The notes beneath the pieces were generated by a model. The model had not been told where the DNA came from, did not search any database, and saw nothing but the letters and a program-made list of their open reading frames with translations. A stretch of DNA of 43,322 nt from Candidatus Omnitrophota bacterium. Its GTDB lineage: Bacteria > Omnitrophota > Gorgyraeia > Duberdicusellales > 4484-171. This document shows positions 27,968 through 37,217 of the stretch, in pieces. Numbering within the stretch: the first letter of the stretch is position 1; every line of letters starts with the position of its first letter. The translations under genes and the position numbers were made by a program. The stretch covers positions 1 to 43,322 of the forward strand of contig JBDRDJ010000029.1 in NCBI GenBank assembly GCA_043820815.1. Reading direction: 5' to 3'.

Positions 27968-29758
27968 ATGATAGTTCCGATGCAAAAAATAACATTGCTG
28001 GTTTCCGATGGAAACAAAGATGCATCCCTTACAAAGTTACGAAAACTCGGCCTTTTACATATCACTCATCTTAAAAATCCGCAAAGCCGGGAGATAACTA
28101 ACCTTGAAAATAAGTTAGAGGATATTGATGGAGCCCTTATAATCCTTGATTCTAATAATAAAAAAACAACCGCAGGGAATATAGATGAAAAAGAATTAAC
28201 TAACAGCTTGCAGCAAGTCCTTGCCCTTGAGAAAGAAAAACAACAGCTTCTCATGCATGTTGAGGAATTAACCCGGGATACTGGCTGGTTCAAGGAGTGG
28301 GGCGATATTAATCCTGCATCGCTTATTGAGCTAAATAAAGCCGGTATTTTTATTAAATTGTATATTGTTAGCCCCGCGGAACTTAAGAAAATAGGTAAAG
28401 ACAAAACAGTTAAGGTTCTCAAAATAAAGAAATCTAAAGTGTGCCTGGCGTTTATAGCCAGGCAGGAATCCCAAAAACTTAATTACCAGCAGATAAATAT
28501 ACCTAAGAAGAGCCTTTTATCTATTGAAAAAGATATTGTCCTTTCGCAAAAAAAACTTCGGAAAATAAACGAAAGCTTAGATAAATTAGCTGATTTAAAA
28601 GCCGTTTTTCTTGAGTACAAAGAAGATATAAAAAAACAACTTGAATTTAACAGGGTAAAATCAGGCATGGCAGATGAGGAAGGTTTCTCTTACATAGAGG
28701 GCTATTGCCCAAGGTATTCATCCAAGAAAATTAAAAATGCCGCGGCCTTAGAGGGCTGGGGTATATTATCTCAGGAACCCGATAAGCCCCAGGAAACACC
28801 CACTCTTATAAAGAACCCCGCCTGGATTAAAGTCATAAACCCTGTTTTTAAAATCATGGGCGCTATTCCGGGATACCGTGAATTCGACATCAGCTTTTGG
28901 TTTTTGTTATTTTTTACTGTTTTTGTTGCAATGCTGATTGGCGATGCCGGGTATGGATCGTTATTCTTAGCCGCTACATTTTTTATGCGTAAGAAATTAT
29001 CCTTTCTTAAGCGAGAGATGATTTTTCTTATTTATATATTAAGTGCCGCAACTGTTTTCTGGGGCGCTGTTACCGGAACATGGTTTGGTTTTGAGAAAAT
29101 CGCCCGGCTGCCTTTCTTAAGAGGAGCCGTTATTCCTAATATTGCGAGTTTCGGCCACGGGGACAACCAAATATTTATGATCCATATATGTTTTATTATA
29201 GGGTGTATTCATCTTACGGTTGCCCATTCATTAGCGGCATTTCGCTGCGGCACTTCTTTAAAAATGTTATCGCAGGCCGGATGGATAGCTATTATTTGGA
29301 GCCTGTTTTTTTATTCGGAAATGTTTGTTTTGGGAAAAGAGCTTCCTAAACTGGCAAATTTCCTTGCATACGCGGGATTATTCTTAGTTTTACTTTTCTC
29401 AAATCCCGAAAAGGGCGTAATCAAGGGTATTTTAACTGCGTTGGCAGATATTCCCTTGAAAATAATCGGTTCTTTTTCCGATGTAATGTCATATATACGT
29501 TTATTTGCGGTTGGTTTTGCCACAGTTGCCATGGCAGTAAGCTCAAACGCGATGGCAGGGGAGGTTTTAGGAAGCACGGCTCATGTAATCATTAAAGGTT
29601 TTCTTTCGGCAATAATTTTATTTTTGGGGCATACTCTTAATATAGCATTAGCAGTCATAGGAGTTCTTGTTCACGGGGTAAGGCTTAATTTACTCGAATT
29701 CTCGAACCATCTCGGTATGGAGTGGTCAGGGAAAAGTTATGCGCCGTTTAAAGAATAA
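27968..29758 (+). CDS. V/A-type ATPase subunit I (a)
   Basis: MIVPMQK, GDAGYG, DVMSYIRLFAVG, VHGVRLNLLEF. Confidence 0.94.
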   Translation: MIVPMQKITLLVSDGNKDASLTKLRKLGLLHITHLKNPQSREITNLENKLEDIDGALIILDSNNKKTTAGNIDEKELTNSLQQVLALEKEKQQLLMHVEELTRDTGWFKEWGDINPASLIELNKAGIFIKLYIVSPAELKKIGKDKTVKVLKIKKSKVCLAFIARQESQKLNYQQINIPKKSLLSIEKDIVLSQKKLRKINESLDKLADLKAVFLEYKEDIKKQLEFNRVKSGMADEEGFSYIEGYCPRYSSKKIKNAAALEGWGILSQEPDKPQETPTLIKNPAWIKVINPVFKIMGAIPGYREFDISFWFLLFFTVFVAMLIGDAGYGSLFLAATFFMRKKLSFLKREMIFLIYILSAATVFWGAVTGTWFGFEKIARLPFLRGAVIPNIASFGHGDNQIFMIHICFIIGCIHLTVAHSLAAFRCGTSLKMLSQAGWIAIIWSLFFYSEMFVLGKELPKLANFLAYAGLFLVLLFSNPEKGVIKGILTALADIPLKIIGSFSDVMSYIRLFAVGFATVAMAVSSNAMAGEVLGSTAHVIIKGFLSAIILFLGHTLNIALAVIGVLVHGVRLNLLEFSNHLGMEWSGKSYAPFKE

Positions 29759-29805
29759 TTAAGAAAATTAGATTTTTCTTAAATTGCGGCCTTATCGGAT
29801 TAAAA

Positions 29806-29900
29806 GATTTCTCATCCCGCCTGTTGCGGGATTCGAAATCAATTCGCATCAGTGACTTATGTTCTCTTTCGATCCATAAGTCACGTGCTCATTGAGGAGG
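29806..29900 (+). repeat. Two-hairpin TTCG/CTCA cassette fused to the SD of subunit K
   Basis: GATTTC-TC-ATCCCGC..GCGGGAT-TC-GAAATC, then CAA-TTCG...GTGACTTATG..CATAAGTCAC...CTCA-TTG-AGGAGG. Confidence 0.8.
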
Positions 29901-29906
29901 TTTGTC

Positions 29907-30353
29907 ATGATAGGAGGTTTTGGCGATTTAAATTTTTCTTTAGCTTTTTCAGCCATTGGCTCAGCATTAGGAACGGGAGTGGCAGGGATGGCTGCCGTGG
30001 GCGCTATGAAAAAAGCTTTTCTTTCAAAAAAAAGCGTTCCTTTCCAGCTCATCGTGTTCAGCGGTTTTCCCTTATCGCAGACCCTATACGGTATGCTTTT
30101 GAGAAACGCAATAAAGAGCGCGGCATTGCCGGCCACATGGGATAATTATATATTAATGATGCTTGTTGGCCTAATAGGCGGCAGTGCCATAGGCATGAGT
30201 GCATTTATGCAGGGTAAAGCAGCTGCTTGTGCATGCGATGCTCTTGTTGAAACCGGAGAAGGGACAGGCAAATATATAGCAATCCTCGGTATTATTGAGT
30301 CTGTGGCAATTCTTGTTATGGCCTTTTGCGTTTTGGCAATACCCAAGGCATAG
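29907..30353 (+). CDS. V/A-type ATPase proteolipid subunit K (c), 4 TM
   Basis: GSALGTGVAG, PLSQTLYG, SAFMQG, GIIESVA. AGGAGG RBS before ATG 29907. Confidence 0.93.
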   Translation: MIGGFGDLNFSLAFSAIGSALGTGVAGMAAVGAMKKAFLSKKSVPFQLIVFSGFPLSQTLYGMLLRNAIKSAALPATWDNYILMMLVGLIGGSAIGMSAFMQGKAAACACDALVETGEGTGKYIAILGIIESVAILVMAFCVLAIPKA

Positions 30354-30509
30354 AGCAGCTTAAGATTACTGATAATTTTAAGTGCTTGATTTTTTGCGTA
30401 AATTTGATATTATTGGTCTTTTCTTATTGACCTTGTAATTAATAATTATTCTTGATAAACTTGTATTCAGATAATGACGCAATGGCTTTTTAATGGTATT
30501 ATAGCCATA

Positions 30510-30551
30510 TTGCTATTTGCCATAAGCTATTTGCAATTTGCCATTTGCTAT
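30510..30551. repeat. Heptamer array (TTGCCAT/TTGCTAT) x6
   Basis: TTGCTAT TTGCCAT AAGCTAT TTGCAAT TTGCCAT TTGCTAT, ending 3 nt before tRNA-Val. Confidence 0.8.
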
Positions 30552-30554
30552 TAT

Positions 30555-30626
30555 GGGCGGTTGGCGCAGCGGAAGCGCATCTCGTTTACACCGAGGGGGT
30601 CGTGGGTTCAAATCCTACACCGCCCA
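30555..30626 (+). tRNA. tRNA-Val (TAC)
   Basis: GGGCGGT/ACCGCCC acceptor, loop TTTACAC, GGTTCAA. Confidence 0.95.
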
Positions 30627-30675
30627 TTTGTATATTTAATAGCCTTAGTGTAGATTAAAGAGTTTGGAGACAGGC

Positions 30676-31164
30676 ATGAGCGTAAACACTCCGGCCCTTG
30701 CTTTAAGCATTTGTTCTGCCTTAGCGATTATTATTTTTGTGAGTGCTTATCTTCGCACGGTCTTAAGGTACAGTGCGCTTTTAGAATCAGTCGCTTCTCT
30801 TATAGAAGGTAAGGTTACAGCAGGAATATTTTATTCGTCAATCCACTTAACAGGCAGTTACAAGGGGAGGAAAATAAAGTGCAGCCTTGAGCAGCTTAAA
30901 GAAGGGAGTAATGCGTTTCTTCTTAAGGCTAAACCTCATAAGTTTCCCCTCATGAAAAAAAGCTTAGGCAACCAGCCTTATGTTTTCGGTGATGCTATTC
31001 TTTATGAAGGCTGGGTAATGACGAATTATTTCCTTTCTCCCAATACGTTCACGAGAAACTCTTTTTTAAGTGTCCTGGAAGAGCTCAGCACAATTTGCGA
31101 GAAAGTAGAAAGAAGAAGCATTACCGCCAGCGTTGAGTATAAAGGAGATACTCCTCATATATAA
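30676..31164 (+). CDS. Hypothetical membrane-anchored protein
   Basis: N-terminal TM helix; GGAG RBS before ATG 30676; family not recognised. Confidence 0.65.
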   Translation: MSVNTPALALSICSALAIIIFVSAYLRTVLRYSALLESVASLIEGKVTAGIFYSSIHLTGSYKGRKIKCSLEQLKEGSNAFLLKAKPHKFPLMKKSLGNQPYVFGDAILYEGWVMTNYFLSPNTFTRNSFLSVLEELSTICEKVERRSITASVEYKGDTPHI

Positions 31165-31206
31165 TATCAAAAATCAAAAATTAAAATGATATTGATTTTT
31201 GATATT
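31163..31206. repeat. Short copy of the AT-rich inverted-repeat element
   Basis: 15-bp perfect IR AATATCAAAAATCAA / TTGATTTTTGATATT. Confidence 0.7.
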
Positions 31207-31218
31207 TAAAAGGCAAAT

Positions 31219-32934
31219 ATGATGGATTTAAACACATTACGGCATTCATGCTCGCACATAATGGCTTCGGCGGTTAAAAGGCTTTTTCCCCAGGCCAGCC
31301 TTGGTATAGGGCCGGCTATTGAAAATGGATTTTACTACGATTTTCTTATACCCGAAGGCATAAAAGAAGAGTATTTAGAAAAAATAGAAAGCCTTATGAA
31401 AAAAGTTATAGAAAAAGATTACCCTTTCAAGCATGAAGAATGGAATGCCCGGGACGCAATCGATTTCTTCAAAAAGCAGGGAGAACCTTTTAAGGTTGAG
31501 TTAATAGAAGACTTAGGCCAAGAAAAAGTTTCTGTTTACAAACATAACGAGTTCACCGATCTTTGCAAAGGGCCGCACGTAGCTGCAACCGGAGGTGTTA
31601 AGCATTTTAAGCTTCTTTCAGTCTCGGGGGCGTATTGGAAGGGTTCCGAGAGCAACCAGCAGTTCGTGCGTATTTACGGGACCGCTTTTTACAATGAAGA
31701 GGATTTAAGAAAGCATCTCGATAATTTAGAAGAAGCCAAGAGAAGAGACCACCGTACATTAGGCAGGCAGCTAAATCTTTTTGAAATATACCACAATCAG
31801 GCCGGCGCCGGCCTTGTTTTCTATCTTCCAAACGGCGCAATACTTCGAAGAATTATTGAAGACTACGAGATTGCCGAACACCGCCGCCGCGGATATCAAA
31901 TGGTAATAACTCCTCACATAATGGATAAAAAACTATGGCAGAAAAGCGGCCATGCGGATTTTTACCAGGAATATATGTATTCGGTTACAAAAGATAACCA
32001 GGAGTTTATTTTAAAACCAATGAACTGCCCCGGGCATATCCTCATTTATAAATCGCAAGCTCATAGTTTCCGGGACCTTCCTTTGAGAATGTTTGAGCTT
32101 GGCACGGTGTATAGATTTGAGAAAAGCGGGGTTTTGCACGGCCTTCTTCGTTTAAGAGGTTTTACTCAAGACGATGCTCATATATTTTGCCGCAAAGAAG
32201 ATTTATATTCTGAAATAGAAGGCGTTTTAGATTTTGTAGATTCGGCTATGAAAAAGTTCGGTTTCGACCATTTCGATGCCGAATTAAGCACGCGCCCCCA
32301 TGATTTTATAGGAGACAAGAATGATTGGGACTTGGCAGAAGAAGTTTTAGAAGGCGTGTTAAAGAAAAAAAATTTCAATTATAAAATTAACAGAGGCGAC
32401 GGAGCTTTCTACGGGCCGAAGATTGATATAAAACTTAAAGATGCCCTGGATAGAGAATGGCAGTGTGCAACAGTCCAGTTAGACTATAATATTCCCAATA
32501 GATTTGACTTAACTTACAGGGATTCTTCCGGAAAAGATGAACGGGTGATAATGATTCACAGGGTAATTTTAGGAAGCCTTGAGCGGTTTACGGCAACTCT
32601 TATCGAACATTATGCAGGCAAGTTTCCTTTATGGCTTGCGCCTGTTCAGGTGAGCGTCCTCAATGTCACTAAAGACTCAGCTGGGTACGCCTGCCAAATA
32701 AGCGGCAGCCTTAACAAAAATGGTTTTAGGGCCGAAGCCGACACAGATAATGAAACCCTGCAGAAGAAAATACGAAAAAAAGAGCTTTTAAAAATACCTT
32801 ATATGATTATTGTCGGCAAAAAAGAACAAAATGAGGGCACAATCTCTGTAAGACGCAGAGGCATGAAAGATTTAGGAAAGATGGCAGTGGATGAGTTTGA
32901 AAAGATGTTGAATGAGGAGCTGGAAAAACAATAA
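31219..32934 (+). CDS. thrS: Threonyl-tRNA synthetase (no N-terminal TGS domain)
   Basis: LRHSCSH, DLCKGPH, RDHR, KPMNCPGH, FTQDDAHIF, GAFYGPKID, GSLERF. Confidence 0.97.
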   Translation: MMDLNTLRHSCSHIMASAVKRLFPQASLGIGPAIENGFYYDFLIPEGIKEEYLEKIESLMKKVIEKDYPFKHEEWNARDAIDFFKKQGEPFKVELIEDLGQEKVSVYKHNEFTDLCKGPHVAATGGVKHFKLLSVSGAYWKGSESNQQFVRIYGTAFYNEEDLRKHLDNLEEAKRRDHRTLGRQLNLFEIYHNQAGAGLVFYLPNGAILRRIIEDYEIAEHRRRGYQMVITPHIMDKKLWQKSGHADFYQEYMYSVTKDNQEFILKPMNCPGHILIYKSQAHSFRDLPLRMFELGTVYRFEKSGVLHGLLRLRGFTQDDAHIFCRKEDLYSEIEGVLDFVDSAMKKFGFDHFDAELSTRPHDFIGDKNDWDLAEEVLEGVLKKKNFNYKINRGDGAFYGPKIDIKLKDALDREWQCATVQLDYNIPNRFDLTYRDSSGKDERVIMIHRVILGSLERFTATLIEHYAGKFPLWLAPVQVSVLNVTKDSAGYACQISGSLNKNGFRAEADTDNETLQKKIRKKELLKIPYMIIVGKKEQNEGTISVRRRGMKDLGKMAVDEFEKMLNEELEKQ

Positions 32935-32957
32935 GTTATTTGAAAATATTTATTAGA

Positions 32958-33051
32958 GATACTTCGCCCGTTTATAGCGGGCTCAGTATCAATTCGGCCA
33001 AATGACTTATGTTCGTTTTCGCTCCATAAGTCATGGCCTCATTGAAGGAGG
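32958..33051 (+). repeat. Two-hairpin TTCG/CTCA cassette fused to the SD of infC
   Basis: GATAC-TTCG-CCCGT..GCGGG-CTCA-GTATC, then CAA-TTCG-GCCA..TGACTTATG..CATAAGTCA-TGGC-CTCA-TTG-AAGGAGG. Confidence 0.8.
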
Positions 33052-33061
33052 TAGATAAAAT

Positions 33062-33565
33062 TTGAAGTTTGTAAGGGTAAACGAAAGAATATTCGCAAAG
33101 ACTTTGCGCGTTGTCGGCCCGGAAGGGGAACAGCTGGGTATTTTTCCCAAGGCCATGGCTCTTAGTAAAGCGAATGAACTTAATCTTGATTTAGTTGAAG
33201 TAGCACCCGCGGCGAAACCACCTGTGTGCAGGATTATGGATTTTTCTAAATACAGGTATGAGCAGGAAAAAAGAGAAAGGGAAGTAAAGAAACACCAGAA
33301 ACAGTCTCAGCTTAAGGAAATACGCCTTAGGCCGCGAATAGGTAAACACGATTACGAAGTTAAATTAAAGCATATAAAGGAATTTCTGGAAAAGAAGCAT
33401 AAAGTGAGAATAAGGATGATGTATAAAGGCAGAGAAATTGCACATAAAGATATAGGGGATAGATTGATAAGCCAGCTTATACAGGATATCGATAAAATAG
33501 GAAGGGTTGACCGCGACCCTCATATGTTCGGTAAAACCCTGGTTATGGTGCTGGCACCTAAGTGA
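33062..33565 (+). CDS. infC: Translation initiation factor IF-3 (TTG start)
   Basis: LDLVEVAP...PPVCRIMDF.KY.YE, KEIRLRP.I..HD, GRE. Confidence 0.96.
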   Translation: MKFVRVNERIFAKTLRVVGPEGEQLGIFPKAMALSKANELNLDLVEVAPAAKPPVCRIMDFSKYRYEQEKREREVKKHQKQSQLKEIRLRPRIGKHDYEVKLKHIKEFLEKKHKVRIRMMYKGREIAHKDIGDRLISQLIQDIDKIGRVDRDPHMFGKTLVMVLAPK

Positions 33566-33636
33566 AATCGAATAGTAGGGTATGTGAAAATCTCAAAAAG
33601 ATTTTGAATTGAGATATTTTACAAATAATAATATAA

Positions 33637-33771
33637 GATACTTCGTCCGCTTATTGCGGACTCATTGAAATGACCTAAATAAGATTCTTCGCCTGCCATT
33701 GGCAGACTCAGGATCAATTCGGCCTTATCCCGCTCCTTTTGGAAAAGGGGCGGGATGGCCTCATTGAGGAG
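33637..33771 (+). repeat. Partial plus complete TTCG/CTCA cassette fused to the SD of rpmI
   Basis: GATAC-TTCG-TCCGC..GCGGA-CTCA-TTG (33637-33667); GATTC-TTCG-CCTGCC..GGCAGA-CTCA-GGATC; CAA-TTCG-GCC..ATCCCGCTCCTTT..AAAGGGGCGGGAT-GGC-CTCA-TTG-AGGAG. Confidence 0.8.
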
Positions 33772-33779
33772 ATTTGAAA

Positions 33780-33977
33780 ATGCCAAAATTAAAAACAAAG
33801 AAAGCATTAGCAAAAAGAGTAAAAGTAACCAAAAAGAGAAAAGTCATCCGCGCAAAGGCCAACAGGAGGCATCTTCTAAGCCACCGTTCCAGTAAAAGAA
33901 AGCGTAAGCTGCGCCACGGCGGTTTAGTCTCAAAAGCTGATAAGAAAACTATTTTGCGCGCCATGCCTTATTCTTAA
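33780..33977 (+). CDS. rpmI: 50S ribosomal protein L35
   Basis: MPKLKTKKALAKRVKVT...RHLL...KRKRKLR. Confidence 0.96.
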   Translation: MPKLKTKKALAKRVKVTKKRKVIRAKANRRHLLSHRSSKRKRKLRHGGLVSKADKKTILRAMPYS

Positions 33978-34001
33978 AAATAAAAATAAAGGAGATGGAT
34001 T

Positions 34002-34346
34002 ATGAGGACAAAACACGCTGTACCTAAAAAAAAGAGAAGAAAAAAGATTCTTAAAGCAGCAAAGGGGTATTGGGGAGACCGCTCGAAAAATTACCGGCGC
34101 ACCATTGAGAGCGTGCGCAGGGCGTGGGCTTATTCTTACAGGGACAGGCGGGCAAAAAAGAGAGAGTTCCGTTCTCTATGGATTATGCGGATTAATGCGG
34201 CCGCACGCGAAAAAGGCTGGACGTATCGCGGATTAATTAATGGGCTGAAGAAAAACAACATAATTTTATCGCGAGACATACTGGCTCAAATCGCGGCACA
34301 ACACCCTGTAACTTTTGATAAAATAGTTGAAACCGCTAAAAATTAA
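34002..34346 (+). CDS. rplT: 50S ribosomal protein L20
   Basis: KILKAAKGYWG, YSYRDRRAKKREFRSLWIMRINAAAR. Confidence 0.97.
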   Translation: MRTKHAVPKKKRRKKILKAAKGYWGDRSKNYRRTIESVRRAWAYSYRDRRAKKREFRSLWIMRINAAAREKGWTYRGLINGLKKNNIILSRDILAQIAAQHPVTFDKIVETAKN

Positions 34347-34349
34347 ATC

Positions 34350-34745
34350 ATGAAATATATAATAGTAGTTGGATGCGGCAAGACAGGCAGAGAGCTGGCT
34401 TTTGAGCTTTCAAAAACAGAGAACGTCGTTGTTGTAGACAGGAACCTTCGCGCCCTTGATGCGCTGGGGGATGATTTTAACGGGAAAAAGATTTGGGCTG
34501 ATGCTTTGGACATGAATGTTCTTGAAGATGCCGGGATAAAAGAAGCAGGCGTGATTTATCTTCTTACAGGCAACGATAATCTCAATTTAGTTATCGGGAA
34601 AGTTGTAAAAAGAAAATACGGTGTTCAGAAAGCCATCTTGCAGGTAAACGACATAACTAAAAAGAAGATTTTTAAAGAGGAAGGTTTAACTATTGTAAGC
34701 CGCACTTACTTGATAGTTGAAGTTCTTAAGAAGTGCATTGCATAA
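34350..34745 (+). CDS. TrkA-family RCK_N-only protein
   Basis: IIVVGCGKTG Rossmann motif, LEDAGI, TGNDNLN; no RCK_C domain. Confidence 0.85.
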   Translation: MKYIIVVGCGKTGRELAFELSKTENVVVVDRNLRALDALGDDFNGKKIWADALDMNVLEDAGIKEAGVIYLLTGNDNLNLVIGKVVKRKYGVQKAILQVNDITKKKIFKEEGLTIVSRTYLIVEVLKKCIA

Positions 34746-34901
34746 ATTACAATTACGGTAACGGTTATGTAAATAAATCAAAAATTAAATATCAAAAATA
34801 AAAATGACAATGAAAAAATTAAAAATTTAAGATTTAAATCTAATCATTTTGAATTTTTATTTGTCATTTTAATATTTACATTTTGATTTTTAATTTTGCA
34901 A
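34745..34901. repeat. ~150-bp AT-rich inverted-repeat element, copy 2
   Basis: AATTAC AATTAC GGTAAC GGTTAT GTAAAT prefix plus arms colinear with 21011-21160. Confidence 0.8.
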
Positions 34902-34926
34902 TCTGGATATTAATTTGGGGTAAATT

Positions 34927-35592
34927 ATGTATATAGTAATAGCAGGAGTAGGCAGGCTTGGGCTAATTTTAGCCAGAAAGCTTAGAGAAGACAAACATCA
35001 AGTCTGTGTTATTGATAAAAGCGAGAGCCTTTGCAACAGGCTTGCCGCTGAATTAGAAGACATTTTGATCATTTGCGGCGATGCCACTTATCCAGATATT
35101 CTGCACCAGGCAAAGATGGAAAAAGCCGATGTATGCGTAAGCGCAACATCTACCGACGAAGATAATATTATTATTTGTAATTTGTCAAAAGAGCTTTTTG
35201 GAGTAAAAAGGGCGGTTTCCAGAGTAAATGACCCCAAACACCTCCCCCTTTACAAATATATGGAGGTTGATAATCCGGTAGATTCCACTTCTATTATTGC
35301 CCGCATTGTAGAAGAGGAGGCTTCTTTTACCGATTTTATGAATTTGCTGAGCATAAAAAAGGGAAGGCTCTCTATAGTCCGCGTTGATATACCTGAAGAT
35401 TCCCCCGTTGCCAAAAAGATCCTTAAAGATATTCGCCTTCCTTCCAATTCCGTTCTGGTTTCGATAATTAGAGGGCCGGATATTATTATTCCTTCAGGGT
35501 CAACGCAGATTTTACCCGGAGACGAAGTAATAGCCGCGACTCTTATTGATGTCGAAAAAGATCTTATCAAGGCTCTGATCGGAAAATTATGA
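34927..35592 (+). CDS. trkA: Trk potassium uptake NAD-binding protein TrkA
   Basis: IVIAGVGRLG, GDAT, DEDN, RCK_C (IIRG...IPSG). Confidence 0.92.
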   Translation: MYIVIAGVGRLGLILARKLREDKHQVCVIDKSESLCNRLAAELEDILIICGDATYPDILHQAKMEKADVCVSATSTDEDNIIICNLSKELFGVKRAVSRVNDPKHLPLYKYMEVDNPVDSTSIIARIVEEEASFTDFMNLLSIKKGRLSIVRVDIPEDSPVAKKILKDIRLPSNSVLVSIIRGPDIIIPSGSTQILPGDEVIAATLIDVEKDLIKALIGKL

Positions 35593-35681
35593 AGGTAATC
35601 TCAGGGATAATTGTTGAAATTCTGTTTTGCCTTTTTATTTTTGGTCTGAGCTTTGCCCTTTCTTTTCTATTCAATTAAAAT

Positions 35682-37166
35682 ATGATTATTTCCCCCGACA
35701 GAAAAGATTTCTTTACCATTCTTAATATTCTGGGAAGGCTTATTTTAGGTTTGAGCTTCTTTTTGGTTATCCCTATAATCGTAGCTCTAATAAGAAAAGA
35801 AGCTTCTCCCTTCTTCGATTTTCTTATAACTTTTTTTGTTACATCTTTTTTGGGCATGTTTTTGGTTCTTCTTTTCCCTTTAAAAAAAGAGCCCGGATGG
35901 ATTCATGCCTTTTTTACGGTAAGCGCGGGATGGCTTGTCTCATCTTTACTCGGGGCAATACCTTTATACCTATCGGCACATTTCGGCAGCTTTATAGATG
36001 CATGGTTTGAAGCGATGAGCGGTTTTGCTACAACCGGCCTAGTTCTCATTCAGGACCTCGACCATCTTTCTTACTCGCATAATATGTGGCGCCACCTTAC
36101 CATGTTTATCGGGGGCCAGGGAATTATTCTGGCAAGCCTTTCGATATTGACCCGCGCACGTTCTGCAGCTCTTGGTTTTTATATCGGCGAAGCCCGCCAG
36201 GAAAAAATACTCCCTAACGTATTGGCCACATCACGGTTTATCTGGAGGGTCAGTTTTACTTTCCTAATTATCGGAGTGTCAGCCTATACAGCTATTTTAT
36301 TTTATAAGGGGCTTAATATCGAAAGGGCATTTTTCCACGCGATCTGGCTATTTTTTGCATCTTTCGATACAGGAGGATTTGCGCCGCAGGCCCAGAACAT
36401 TGCCTATTATCACTCGCGCTTGCTTGAGGCGGTAACCGTTGTGTTTATGATTATGGGCGCGATTAATTTTAATCTGCATTTCTGGCTTTGGACTAAAAGA
36501 AAACGGGAAATTTTTAATAATTTTGAAATTCGCACATTCTTTCTTACGTTCTTTTCTTTGCTTATCCTTGTGTACCTTCCTCTTAAAGGGCTGGGTAATC
36601 TTTCAATGTTTCACAAAGGATTTTATCAGCTGATCTCTGCCCACTCAGGCTGCGGTTTTTCTAATATGGGAACAATTGAGTTAGCGGGTTTTCCGCCCTT
36701 AGCGCTCTTAGCTGTTATTTTTGCGATGATGATAGGCGGCGGAGTATGCTCTACAACCGGCGGAATAAAATTAATGCGCATAGGGATAATTTTAAAAACA
36801 TTTATCATGGAAACAAAAAGATGGATGATGCCGTTTAAAGCGGTTTATAAAGACAGGCTGCACCATCTGCAGGATATTATACTTTCCGAGAAAAGAATAA
36901 AAGAAGCTTATGTCTTTTTCTCGCTTTTTCTGTTTACCTATGTTTCAGGAGCAATTATCGGTATGATTTACGGCTACCCGGCATTATTTTCGCTTTTTGA
37001 GTCTGTATCGGCAACAGCAAATGTAGGCTTGTCAGTCGGCATAACCAACCCGGCAATGCCGGCGGGATTAAAGTTAGTATACATTTTTCAAATGTGGGCA
37101 GGCAGGTTAGAGTTCCTGTCAATCTTTGTTGCTTTAGGATTTATAGTCTCTGTGTTTAGAAAGTAA
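35682..37166 (+). CDS. trkH: Trk potassium uptake membrane protein TrkH
   Basis: FEAMSGFATTG, GGQGI, DTGGF, STTGGIK, SATANVGLS, GRLE. Confidence 0.93.
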   Translation: MIISPDRKDFFTILNILGRLILGLSFFLVIPIIVALIRKEASPFFDFLITFFVTSFLGMFLVLLFPLKKEPGWIHAFFTVSAGWLVSSLLGAIPLYLSAHFGSFIDAWFEAMSGFATTGLVLIQDLDHLSYSHNMWRHLTMFIGGQGIILASLSILTRARSAALGFYIGEARQEKILPNVLATSRFIWRVSFTFLIIGVSAYTAILFYKGLNIERAFFHAIWLFFASFDTGGFAPQAQNIAYYHSRLLEAVTVVFMIMGAINFNLHFWLWTKRKREIFNNFEIRTFFLTFFSLLILVYLPLKGLGNLSMFHKGFYQLISAHSGCGFSNMGTIELAGFPPLALLAVIFAMMIGGGVCSTTGGIKLMRIGIILKTFIMETKRWMMPFKAVYKDRLHHLQDIILSEKRIKEAYVFFSLFLFTYVSGAIIGMIYGYPALFSLFESVSATANVGLSVGITNPAMPAGLKLVYIFQMWAGRLEFLSIFVALGFIVSVFRK

Positions 37167-37178
37167 CCAGAAAAAAAC

Positions 37179-37203
37179 GTAGGGGCAGGGCTTGCCCCTG
37201 CCC
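37179..37203 (+). repeat. GTAG-type REP hairpin
   Basis: GTAG-GGGCAGGG-CTTGC-CCCTGCCC. Confidence 0.8.
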
Positions 37204-37217
37204 GTTTAATATACAAA

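Noticed and set aside
29849-30145. ORFs 29852-30145 (+), 29849-30136 (-) and the 29892 start for subunit K
   Set aside because: They begin inside the hairpin cassette; ATG 29907 has the proper SD.
31165-31218. T-box riboswitch before thrS (or pheS)
   Set aside because: Spacers are too short and lack the T-box consensus.
32958-33771. Interpretation of the cassettes as the known L20 ribosomal leader
   Set aside because: A closely related cassette precedes the ATPase K gene, which L20 would not be expected to regulate. Overlap with an L20 site cannot be excluded without an Rfam search.
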